Of a stretch of DNA of 64,000 nucleotides, positions 16,389 through 28,307 are shown one piece after another. The translations under genes and the position numbers were made by a program. Position 1 is the first letter of the stretch; each line of letters opens with the position of its first letter. Location: assembly GCA_000165425.1 (NCBI GenBank), contig CT868252.1, forward strand, positions 310,001-374,000, written 5' to 3'. Source of the stretch: Paramecium tetraurelia. Its lineage: Eukaryota. The notes below the pieces were generated by a model. The model searched no databases, was not told where the DNA came from, and worked only from the letters and a program-made list of their open reading frames with translations.

Positions 16389-19300
16389 ATGTCGACCTAT
16401 AAATATTATAATTATTAATTAATACTAAATAAAGAATAGACTCTATGCAGGTTGTTAATTATGTTAAATAACTGGTTAAAATTTTATTGAGCTAGTTTAA
16501 AGTAAGTCTAAATATATAGAAAAATAAATAAACACCAGATAGTTAATATATCAATAATTATTCAGTTACATAATAAATTTTAGCAAATAATGCCCAAAAT
16601 GGAGGGGAATATTTAAAAAAAATTCACATCTCAGAACATGGATTTTTATAACTAGAAGAATGAGACCAAAATAAAGAGAGATATTTTTGCTATAAGAGAA
16701 TTAAATGCTAATCAAATTGAAAAAGTCTTTTTAAAGGAAATCTTAATGACTGAATGCTTAAGGTATTAAAAACAATCCTGAAATCGATTTTAACCATAAT
16801 CAGTCCAAGCTTATTATTGAAAGTGGAAATATATCTCAAATAATAAGCAGGTCGTTTATGTTTATTCTATTTAGTAATAAAAGAAAACCCAAAAGAAATA
16901 AACTGCAATACATATGTTTAGACATATATGAAACAGTGTTTTTCTATTTTGATAAGTTATTTGTAAATTGAACTTATCATCAACTTAGAGAGCAAATTTA
17001 GAATTTTTATGTCAAAAAATATTTCTGAATGTTTTTCACAGTATCTTTATTTAATTTTCAGTGCGAAGTAAATTTAGAAAAAGGCTTATAAAGGTAGTTG
17101 TTTAAAGGATAGTTCTTTAAATTCATAAAGATAACTTAGTAAATAATTGTTGGATAGTGTTTATGCAAATTTTCATTAACTTTTTTGTAAAATAGTGAAT
17201 GACATCGTAAAAAACTGATGGTGAATTTTTCAATTAAGAGAATTACATTGTAATATAATAAAAAATTAAAGAATTGACAATGTAATAAAATTTTGTTGCT
17301 TGAAAATTACTGATTTCATTTTATACACCTAATTTGAATATTCGCATAAAATAAAATTTAATCAGCAATTATTTTAGAAAAAATATTGGAACTTTGTAAA
17401 TAGGATTTCATCCTCCCTTAAATATCTTCAGCATCATTTAATCTATAATTTAGATTAGTCTTTTTATAAGCTTAATCTTCTATAAGATTTTAAATTTATA
17501 AAATCTCAAGATTTCTCCAAATTTACCCCATAATTTAGGAGCCATCAAACTAAAGATGTGAGCTTTCAAACAAATCCATATTACTTTACTACCTTTTTCA
17601 AGTAGAAGCTTTGTAAGAAGTTAACTATTTATACCCCCTTCATTCAGATAGAAAAATCTAAACCCTTAAGATGTTTGTAATCAAATTAATTTCAGTTTAA
17701 TGATTATATCTGCAGGCTTCACAATTTCTAAAAATATTACTTTTCGCTTGATTTTCTTTATTTTCATTCGCGGATGATTAATATATTGTATTCTTAAAGA
17801 ATATCAAAAATAAACAAATAACTAAAACTACTCACATCCATGGAAGTTTCTTAATATACTTTGTATTTCAGATTCACAATGAAACATCTTCTCTAAATTT
17901 TAAGCGTTTAAAGAGTAATTCGTGGCAATGACTCCAATGATGATTTAGAAATGCTACTGGAAAATACCTACTTATTTAGTAGGTAATTATGACTAATAAA
18001 ACTTCAATTCAACTTTTGTTAGTAGTAGAGATCAAGTTGCATGTGAACAGCTCCTAATTTGCTATAAGACAAAATAAATCAATTATCACATTAGTAGTTG
18101 TTTTCCTTTTAATTACTTTACATTAAATATTTAATCCAAGGAACAATAACATTTCTCATTCATCGGTTACCTTAATCCAATGACATATCATCTCTTACAG
18201 CTTTGATGGTAGTTAAAAACCTTTGGATTTTAGGTGTGTGAATATAAAAAGTAAATATGTATTTTGTTTAAATTATTTAAAAACACACTTTATCATGATT
18301 TAAGAAGTTCAATAATTTTCATACACTCAAAATGCTCAAAAGTTTAAAACAATTATTAAAATTATGATTTAATTGCAAAAATTCAAATATTATTTCCTCG
18401 ATCTATGCACTAGCCCATAAATATACTAGAACAATAAAGTTCCTTATTTGATACATAGTTCCATTATGAATTATCAAATTATAATTCCTTTTTTAGTCGT
18501 TGTGAATTCTTGTCTTTAAGAATATTGTAACTAATTATGATTTAGAATTATTGTTATTGTAATCTTTGTTTATGTATTTGATAAAAGTGAGTATTTAAGC
18601 CTACCTAAATTTTATCTAAGACAATTGAATCACACTCTACAAGAGTAATACCCTATATAGAAAGAAAGTTAGGAATGATTCCTGAGCTTTTCTAGTCTTA
18701 GAAGTTAAGGTAAACAATAAAAGTATACTTAAAGTCAAAGAAGTGCTATCTCCTTATTTTGGATAGTTGGGAAGTAGTGAAAAATAATGTGAAGGTATGC
18801 TATTAATTATGTTCTCACTAATACTTAAAATTTAGGATTAAACTGGGGATAAAAAGATCATCAATCAGAACTTCAATTTCTCTTTGAATTCAACACATTT
18901 GTTTTGCTTTTGAATTGTTTAATGAGTTAAACTTCTAGCCATTGGTTGATTAATTTTTCATTAATACTTTCAAAATAATGTTGAAGATAAAGTGATTACT
19001 TAATCTATTTATATTAATAATCGTATTATATTTGGGATTATGTTTGTTTAAGCTGATTCAGCTTCTAAAGCAATATAAACTCTAATAATTAATTGATGTT
19101 GAAGAACTTAAGAGTAATAACTATACTATAACTTTATATATGATATATACACATTTTAGTAAAATGCTTCATAAAGACAGATTTCCTTACTTTCTCCTGT
19201 CCTTTTGACAGGCTATACTTACATTCTCTTATTGTTCTCTTCTATTTAAATATTATACACAACTATATAAGCATGCTCATTAGTTTCTAATGACTACAAA

Positions 19301-20085
19301 TATATAGATTTAATTGTAGCCTATCCACCTTGAAGATTATGCCTAAGAATAAGCAGATGAAATTTAAGTAAAAATTTTCAAAACTTACAAAGTGGTTGGT
19401 ATTTCACTGACCTCATAAATTTTCTAAACTCTACTTTAAGAATAAATTTAAGAAAACTCAAGAAGACGTTTTAATAATCCAATATAGTCTTCTTCCATCT
19501 AATGATTAAATTATTTCATTACTTGAACAAAGTTTTGGTTTCACACGCATAAGTAGAATATTATTATCCTGTCGTGGTTACTTTTAGTGCATCTTAAGCT
19601 ACTTTTGATGAAGTCTTTGGGTCAAAAATTACTTCTGATCTTTGTTCTTCGCTGTAATCTCAGTGATTTATGTAATAATAACCTCAAAATGCTGAATGGA
19701 TTTAGAATAACAGTAGCACACTGAAAACTATGGGTGATTATCCGCAAGTTCATGGAAAAAAGATATAAACATCTTACACAAATAATAATCAGTTATATCA
19801 GAAGATAAAGCAATATGTTAAAATTATTTATAAATTGGTAATTATAAAAGTTCAAACGTACTCTAAAATTCGAATGATGAATTATATTTAAACAAACGAA
19901 AATTTTATTAATTTTGCCACTCTGCTCAAATAAATGTCCAGGAAATGGAAATATGGTATTTTGAATCTAAAACCTAATTTTAGTCCATTTAATGCAGGTC
20001 TTTTTTAATTTATAAAATATAAGTTGTATATTGTAATTGTAATTATAAAACAACACAAAACAAGTCAGAAGCATAATTAATTTAC
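16389..20085 (+). pseudogene. Large decayed gene of unknown family
   Basis: ATG after an A-rich context at 16389, then about 3.7 kb of coding-like segments repeatedly broken by TGA and frameshifts. Boundaries approximate. Confidence 0.55.
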
Positions 20086-20112
20086 TCTAAATCTTATCGT
20101 TTATGATTTGAT

Positions 20113-21060
20113 TCACTTATTCATTTTTAGATACTCAAGTCTTTAGAGCGAGTGTTGCATGATCTACAGTAATTCACGCTTAATGGAGCTGTAAAAAGCT
20201 ATTATTTACCTCAAAAAATCTTTAGGAAACAAAGTTTCTTTTGGAAAATTTCCTACTCATTACTAACTGCAGACGTAAGATTTGTTCTTTTTATCCTCTA
20301 TAATTCCACTCCCAACTTTAATAGCTCCAGTTAATCATTTTCTATCTTTAGACTTACTCATCTTATTTTTTTTCCTCCTTTCCAAGCAAATATCATTTGT
20401 TATATAAAAAACTTGTTCTGAATTTTATCTTTCTAGTATGTTTAAGATTCATGATTTCCTATTATATTGGTCAATCAATGTTAATGATCAATTCATATTG
20501 GGGGAACGATTATTTTATATTATTTTGAAACTTTTTGTTAGATTAACATCAATTAGAATGATGGATAATGCTATTTTGCTAATTTAAGTTATTTTAATTC
20601 TTTAATGAATTCTGGTGGTTTAAACATTTAATTCATTCTCTCTAATCCTTTAACTAATTAATTAATTCGGTAAGGAAAGTCATAATGTGATTTATGAATA
20701 TTATTTTGTACATACTTTTATATTTGATAAAATCCAACTCAAAAACTTATTTTGAATGCAATAATTTTAATCTAAAAGATTCTGAAAGTAAACATCCACT
20801 GAGAATTGATATCTTCTCTTAAATTAAATTACTAAATTGACTCTGATTTTAATAATTTAATCACTATCTTAGATGCTCATTAGTTCTTTTTATTAATTAG
20901 ACAGGAAGAATTGCAAAATTATTATAATAATTTAAGGTTTTCAAATTCTCGAACCATCAAGTTGTTAATAAATGCTAATAAATAGATAAGGGCTAAGAAT
21001 AATTAAATGAAAAGAGGCGATATTTTAATGTAAAAATAAATCTAACCTATTATTCATATA
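20113..21060 (-). pseudogene. Decayed gene of unknown family
   Basis: Minus-strand frame GAIKVGSGIIEDKKNKSYVCSQQ*VGNFPKETLFPKDFLRQIIAFYSSIKRELLQIMQHSLQRLEYLKMNK* with internal TGAs. Confidence 0.5.
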
Positions 21061-21439
21061 CAAAATTAATTTTAATCAATATAAAAATTAATATTCTTAA
21101 AATTTATCAATTTATTTAATAATTTCATAGAAAGAAAAACCTATCTTATTTTAGAAATTTTAACTTTAAAGAAACCTAAGAATTTTTAGAAAATTCAATT
21201 AAAAGATATTAATTAATTAAACCTAGATTTTATAAAAAAGCAATAAGATATGATTTACAACTTAGTCTGAATACAATTAAATGGAATATAAGATATTTGT
21301 AAGGAGAGACGTTTCCAAGTATATACAATTCCAAATTTTGATTTTTAATAGCTTTATCAAAATCTAGTCCACCCCTGTAGAAAGAGCTTAAAAGTTATTG
21401 ATAATGTTCAATATTGATAAATATAATTTTATTATTAAA

Positions 21440-23639
21440 ATGTCAGTTATGAGTTAGAATAATGATCCCTCTATGAAATAAAGAGACAATAATCGCCAAC
21501 AAATCACATCACTAAGTAAGCATTTATAGGTTCATAGTCTAGATCAATTATCAAATATGTATGGAAAGTCAAAGCCAGGTGAATTGGCATAATCACTAGT
21601 TTATGGTGATAAACCCAAAAAAGAAAACAATCGTCCCTCAAAATAAATGTAAACTGCTGTTTCTGAGAAACCAAACTAATGGTAAACGCGAACTTTGGCT
21701 GTGTCTCCTTCCAAATTTACAGTTCTCGCCTAATAACTTTATAATCATATCCCAGACACATTGGAAGCCCATAAATCTTAAAGAGCATTCCATGTTAAAG
21801 ATTAGAAATTGTTGTTGTCTCCAGAGAGATTACATTCACTACCTAATTAAAATGGAGATAAAACTCCAGAAGTCTGTAATAGACTCCTTGAATACAAGAC
21901 CTTTGTAAGTGACAAGAAACAAACACTCAAAGAATAATTGGATGCTGAATACTTGAGTCAATGCAGCTTTTAACCACAAATAGATGAGAAGAGTAGAAAA
22001 ATGGCCATAAAAGCTACAAATCAAGAAGTTCGTTCTGCAGATGAATTTCATGAATAATAAATGAGACATCTTCAAAAAGTCAATGAAAAGAGAGAAGTCC
22101 TCTAGAAACAATAAGAGGAAGATGAATAGGCTGAATTATCTAGTCCAAAATTAACAGTTAAGACTTAGAAATTAACATTAAAATATTGCGAGTAGCCTCT
22201 TGTTGAAAGATTGCATGAAGTCAAGTCTAAGACTTAAACATTACCTGATTCTACTTTAGGTCATTCATTCAAACCCTAGATATCCAAGAAATCCAAGGAA
22301 ATCAAAAGAGAAGAGTCAGTCTAAGATTTCTTATACAATGATGCTAAAAATAGGTTAGAATAAAAGAGATAAACTGAAACTATGATTCCATAATCAGTCA
22401 TAGCTCCTACTGACAAGAGTTAATCTTGGTTTGTTCAAAGATTTATCAAGGAATTCTATTACTAATTGAGTGGTTTAGATAGAGTTCAAGAAACAAAGGA
22501 TTATTCTAAGATATATTAGGATGACTTCTAAAAAATATTGGGAGGTCTAGGTTTTGGATAATGTGATATGTTGTGGAATGAGTTGAATAATGGATTTTAT
22601 GTTTTATCAAGAAACTTACTGGTTATCCTATTAGCCATCCAAGCAGTACCATAACACTTAATAGAAATACCATTGTATAAGCCTAAAGTGGAAGAAAACA
22701 TTTAAGTTAAGTCTAAATATTAATGTGATGAGAATGGAAATCTGATATTGAGTGTTGGGGATTGTTAAGAATTACACAAGATGTTCTACAAATTATATTT
22801 GAATACTAAACAACAGAATGGAAATGGAGTTAGAAGAAGAATGGCTCGTTCTCCATAGCCTGACATCAGATGTGGATCACCCAAGATATCAGATAGAACT
22901 AAACAATTGGCTGAAGCCAAGAGATAAGATTCATCATTGTTTGAATGGTTCACTCAATAAGAGGAGAAGAAGAAGTAGGGTTTGGAGGAGTTAAAGAAAC
23001 AAGTAGAGGAGGAAAGGATGAAGGAGTGTAAATCTATCTAGAGAGAAATTACAATAGATTTACAACAATTAGCCAAGCCTCTCTAAAAGCAAGAGGATAG
23101 AACAACTGTGGATGTGGAATTTGATAATCAATAATAGCATTGCACATTCCAACCATAGATTAGTAAACCAGCCTCAAAGACTTAAGCAAGTAATTATGCT
23201 TCTCAAGAGATGGAAAAATAGGCTGCAAGAATGAAGGAAGCTAGATTGAGATAGAAGACACTTGCAAATTTAAAGAACAAGGGAACCACCACTAATAATA
23301 CCATTAGAAGAAAGGAGAAGTGTCTTACTGAGAATGAACTCAATAATGAACCAAAATAAAAGAAGAATAAGAGTAGACCAATTAGTGACAAGACCACTCC
23401 CATGTTGTATGTAGATGTTAAGATTGAGGATGGCAAAAGTGCTAGAATTGTAGTGTTTGAAGGGGATACTTCAATCAGTTTGGCCAATAAGTTTGCTAAA
23501 GAACATAGTAATAATATTTATTAAACATTAATTAGAATTGGATGAGAATATGAAGGAGAAACTTAAGGACTTGTTGGATTAATAGATTAATTCTTATTTG
23601 ATGAAGATTGAAGAAGAGTAAGAACAGGAAGATGATTGA
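21440..23639 (+). CDS. Hypothetical coiled-coil protein with (C/H)xFxPxI repeats and a C-terminal LYVDVK..RIVVFEGD domain
   Basis: Open frame with two introns; CSFQPQID, HSFKPQIS, CTFQPQIS repeats; PMLYVDVKIEDGKSARIVVFEGDTSISLANKFAKEH near the end; TGA at 23637-23639. Confidence 0.8.
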
Positions 23640-23680
23640 TTTATATATAGATACTTAAAATATAAATTTTATATATTAAA

Positions 23681-26600
23681 ATGTATGTCAAATTTTTGAC
23701 ATAGTGACAAGTTCACAATTAAATAGTATCGAATTAAATAATTTTACAGTAATGTTTAATGAAGAACTAGGAGTCATTGATTATGAAGTAGAAAGTGATG
23801 ATTCAATTGAGATGATTGATAACCCAGAGGATATTGTTATTCCAACTCCAATATAAGAATAGAAATAAATAACTTAATAGATTATAGAGTAACAACCACA
23901 GCAATAACTAAATATAGAAAACACTGAAACCATTGAAAGACAATAACTTGAAGAAGAGTAAATGTTACGTCGACCTTATGCATTAAGATGGAAAAAGAAA
24001 TCAATTAAGAAATTAGAAAAAATCACCTCTAAATTGACTGATTAAGATTACGATGAAATTAAAGATGTTTTAACTAAAAAGATAGCAATGTCTGAATCCA
24101 AAATTAATAATAGCAATTATTACAACAAAAATAATACTACCACTAATAATAATACTAATAATGATGTAATCATATCTGGATCGATCCTAAAAAATCCATA
24201 AACGACACTCAATTAAGTGCAGAAATAGAAACAATTCTAAGTTCTTGTTGAGCATTTTGCAAATAAACCAGACTTTCTAGAAGCCATTATTGCTTAAGAT
24301 CTTGAATAAGAAAATGAAAACCATGACGGAGGAATACTCAAAAAACCAATGATAGTACCACCAAAGGCAGGACTAAAGAAATAATAAGGCAGAAAGAAAG
24401 TAAATGTTACTTTTGAAGATCAATCGTAACCACCAAATGGAGGAATTTAATTCATTAAAACCAGTGTGTTACCATAAAAGTAGCCTCCTCCCCCACAACC
24501 TCAATAGCAAATTCAAAATATACTCTCCAAATTCTAAGAAATTAGAGAAAAATCTGCTGCCCCTCCATAAACCTAATATACAACTGCTGTCTAAGAGTCT
24601 TCTAATATGCCTTTAGGCACAGGAGCCTGGTATCCTAATAAATAGGATAGAAAAAGTCAGCCTTTTGTTCCTCCTCATGCTGGATCTAACCCTAAGATGT
24701 TACCAACTGTTAGTTCAGTTTAAATGATTTCCTCATCTTAGGCTGCCCAATAGTCTTTAAATCATAAATTTCTTGAAATGAACCAGAATTAATCAAGAAT
24801 CAGTAATAGTCCTTCCAGAATTAGAGACATGATTACATTATAATATACTTCTTCATATTAGGTTGATCGACCTCCCATTATGCCAAGTCGATAACAACCT
24901 GTATTCTAATAATAAACGTTGGAGAGGAATATCAATTATGAATTGAATCAAGCAAAAAAAAATAAGGAACAATTGAGTGGTCATTAATAATCTTAACTTA
25001 GGGAGTCCTAAATCAAATTATAAGCAAAAATATAAGAAAGTGTTAAGAGACAAAGTGTTGTTTAGCCAACTATAGAGGAAAACGATTCTGATTTTATGGA
25101 TGACGGTATGGATAGTCAACCATTTATAGATTTTAAGAGAGCAGGCAACATACCTTGTGCATCTTAACAATAAACATATTAATAATATTGGCAGGAGATT
25201 AATTTCAATACAGATATTCCTAAGGATTATTATATGAATGAGAAGTTCAGAGTGGATTTGGAATAAGAAATAGAAACAAGTGATCCTTATGAACTATTTA
25301 AATTATATTTTGATTAGAGCATTTTCAAATACATATGTCTGATATCAAATAAAAGATAATGCATAAGAATTGATGAAGATATTTTGGAATCATTTATTTC
25401 AGCACTGATCTACATTTTCTATATCCAATTATTAGGCATGAGAGAGATCAAAAGAGTCAGATTTGATCATATACTTGATTATGTGACATTTGGTCATATT
25501 TGTAAGGAAATCCGTATTGATGAATTAGAAGATTATTCCTTCATTTTTGAAAAGATAAGTAAGAATTTTAAATCCCATTACCAACCAGAGGAATTCTTAA
25601 CCCTCGACTCGCCTATATTTTATTAAAATCACAGTGTCGATGGTCTCATATCACTTTCAGATGGAATGAAAGGATATGTGTTGGACTTTATTTATGGAAT
25701 TAAAGAATAAAAGATTCTTCAAAGTTTATAGATCTATTAAGGAAAACACCATAAACTGTATTTAGGACCTGATGTATCATCTCTAAATCTGATCATCCAA
25801 TTAAAAAAGAAATAATTTGGTGCATTGGCCAAAGTAGTAGACAAATAGGTATGTATTTTATTATATTTAGACCCAACTTACGCAGGATTAGATTTAAGAA
25901 GTAAAATAGAATGCACAAAAGGGGTAGAGCACTCAATTTTTATCATCTGACAATTAGACAATAATGCTTATTTTTGCAGAAAGATAATAACATTTATAGT
26001 AAGTTGAGGGATTTGTATCTTCTTTTGCTGACTTCACAAGACTTAAACCTCAAGATACTAAAATTAAGAGTGATGTCAATAAGCCGATCATCTTATATCT
26101 CTATGATAAAATTAAGACATAATATGATAAAAGAGGTAAAACTTATTAATATTCTCAAATACCTCATCAAAATGGCAATTAACATTTAGAAATATTAGTG
26201 TAATTAGTTTATTCTAGTATTTATAATGCTAATATTTTAAATAAAATAAAAAACTAATCAGCCTCATTAACACCTGAAAAAGCGAAATAAATGTATTTAG
26301 AATTTGTTAAACAATTATTACACTCATTCTATGTACGTAGTTTGAAAAGAAGAGGCATTAATTAATTTCCTTAAAATCACACTTTGGAATCGGGAGACAC
26401 AGGAACCTTTAGTTGCATTGAATGTGGAGAATCTAGTTAAACTATTTGTAGAGAATGTTCAAATCATTTCTAAATGTTGATACCCGTTTGCAGAAGTAAG
26501 AATGAACAATGCTTAAGATCACACATAGAAATGTTAGCAAGTCAACCAAAAATCACAAATACTAATAGAAAACTAACTAATAAATAAGCTATTGTCAAAT

Positions 26601-27031
26601 TTGAATTTTATCGTTCTCAAATTGAGGCTTCTAAAGATTCAAATGCATAATCTGCGTTGCCAGTTATTGAAGATACTTTATAGTAGTTAGACACTTTGGA
26701 TCCTGATGAAGAATTATCAATAGGAATTCAAACTTTATTGGTTTCATTGTCAGACATGATACAAAAAATGTTCCAATAACCTAACGTCTTAGTTCCATAG
26801 AAAATTCAACAACATAAATAAGAAGTCTACACTTTAAGTTAAATAGATCCCCCTATTAAATCAGTCTAGCAATTATAAAAGTCAATCTCTTAGGTTTATA
26901 ACAATTCATAGGAAGTTAGCCATAAGTCCTAAATAGTGCCTCAAATATATAAAACAAAAATTGGAGAATAAATGAACATAGAACCTTCAATTCAGAAATT
27001 GCAAGCTAGAGTTGCCAGAATCAATAAATGA
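23681..27031 (+). CDS. Domesticated piggyBac transposase, PiggyMac-like (PgmL family), about 1085-1100 aa, degenerate catalytic triad
   Basis: DDE_Tnp_1_7-like core (SDPYELFKLYFDQSIFKYICLISN; SKNFKSHYQPEEFLTLDS; LSDGMKGYVLDF; GKHHKLYLGPDVSSLNL; KPIILYLYDKIKTQYDKR; SSIYNANIL; YLEFVKQLL), Cys-rich domain at 26378-26524, intron 25849-25870. Start is 23681 (with intron 23704-23726) or 23752. Confidence 0.85.
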
Positions 27032-27253
27032 TATATATCATCATATAATTATTATTTAATTTTCTATAATCCATTAACATTATCAAATGCTACAAAAAAT
27101 ACTAATTACTTAAGAACTATATATCTTATACAACAGAAGTCAGTTCAATTTAATTGTTTATGCAGATGACTAAATTAGATTACCATATGATCAATATATC
27201 CTGATGTTTTTGTAAAGTATTTTAATTAATGAAATCACACATATTATTATTAT

Positions 27254-27671
27254 ATGCTAAAAAAAGCATTAACTTATTGTCTTTAAGATGATGACCCAGT
27301 TCAGGTTTCTGAATTAATCGGCGTTAAAGAATATTAGAAATAACCAAAAATATGTCAAAGCAACTTTGTGACTTCTTCCGATCTGAAATAGATGATAATA
27401 AACCAAAAGAGGGACAACAGTGTTTAATCATATCGCAAAATTTAGCATTACGATGCTGACTTAAAACCAATCAATCGAACATTTGATTGCAGATTGCCTT
27501 TGAATCAACATACTTGCAAAAAATACATCAATCTCAAAATGATCCAAGAACCTACTAAACCTAAATTGTACTTTGGAATCAAGCATTAATAATTTAAAGT
27601 AAAAATATAATTAAAATGAACATTAGATAAAAATCAAGATGCAAGGCAGACGATTGGAAGACATGTTCTGA
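27254..27671 (+). CDS. Small hypothetical protein
   Basis: MLKKALTYCLQDDDPVQVSELIG...; a 28-nt intron 27599-27626 joins to IKIKMQGRRLEDMF*. Confidence 0.6.
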
Positions 27672-27717
27672 ATATAAAAACTTTGACTAATTAATTTATT
27701 AATTTTTTTATTTGCTC

Positions 27718-28257
27718 ATGAATTTTAACAGATAGGAATTACTTAATTTGTAAAATAGAATATTAAATCGTCCGAAGAGATTGAATTCTGTCTATGTGGC
27801 ACCAGCATTTGATGATATAGGAATCTTGGCTGAATTACCTAATAATAAAGTCCCAAGCTTAGGATTCAAGCAATAAAGTGCATTAAGAACCTAAATCAAA
27901 AAATATCGAAATTTATATCTATATGACAAGAAGCTATTTAGAAACAAGAAAGAATCCAGAGACTTCAGAGAAAACATTGAAAACAAAGGATCCACTTATT
28001 ACATCAATAGTTCGAAATTATCTGCTTAGCCTCTTTGGGAAGATGATATGAAAATTACTAAATTGAGCATCATAAAATCAGAAATATTGAGAAACAAAGT
28101 TCCCGATATTCCAAAATTACACAATAATTCCTAATCCAATTGTCCCAGAAGATTATCTAATATCAACCCAGAACCAATCTAATTTAAAAACCTAGTAGCG
28201 TTACCCTCTATCCGTGGTTGGGATGATAACAATCAAAACACCTAGAGATCAAACTGA
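27718..28257 (+). CDS. Hypothetical protein, 179 aa, single exon
   Basis: Open ciliate-code frame MNFNRQELLNLQNRILNRPKRLNSVYVAPAFDDIG...LPSIRGWDDNNQNTQRSN*. Confidence 0.7.
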
Positions 28258-28307
28258 ACTATGTCTATTTATTATTAATTTCTTATGTAAAATATAACTA
28301 ATTATCC

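Noticed and set aside
23640..27060. Active piggyBac transposon
   Set aside because: No TIRs visible, host-type introns, degenerate triad and tight gene spacing indicate domestication. TTAA is too common here to be informative.
27160..27225. Possible C/D-box snoRNA (AGATGA..CTGA)
   Set aside because: C box is imperfect, with no terminal stem or recognisable guide.
27616..27619. ATGA stop/start overlap suggesting translational coupling
   Set aside because: It lies inside a canonical 28-nt intron (27599-27626) that gives a simpler two-gene model.
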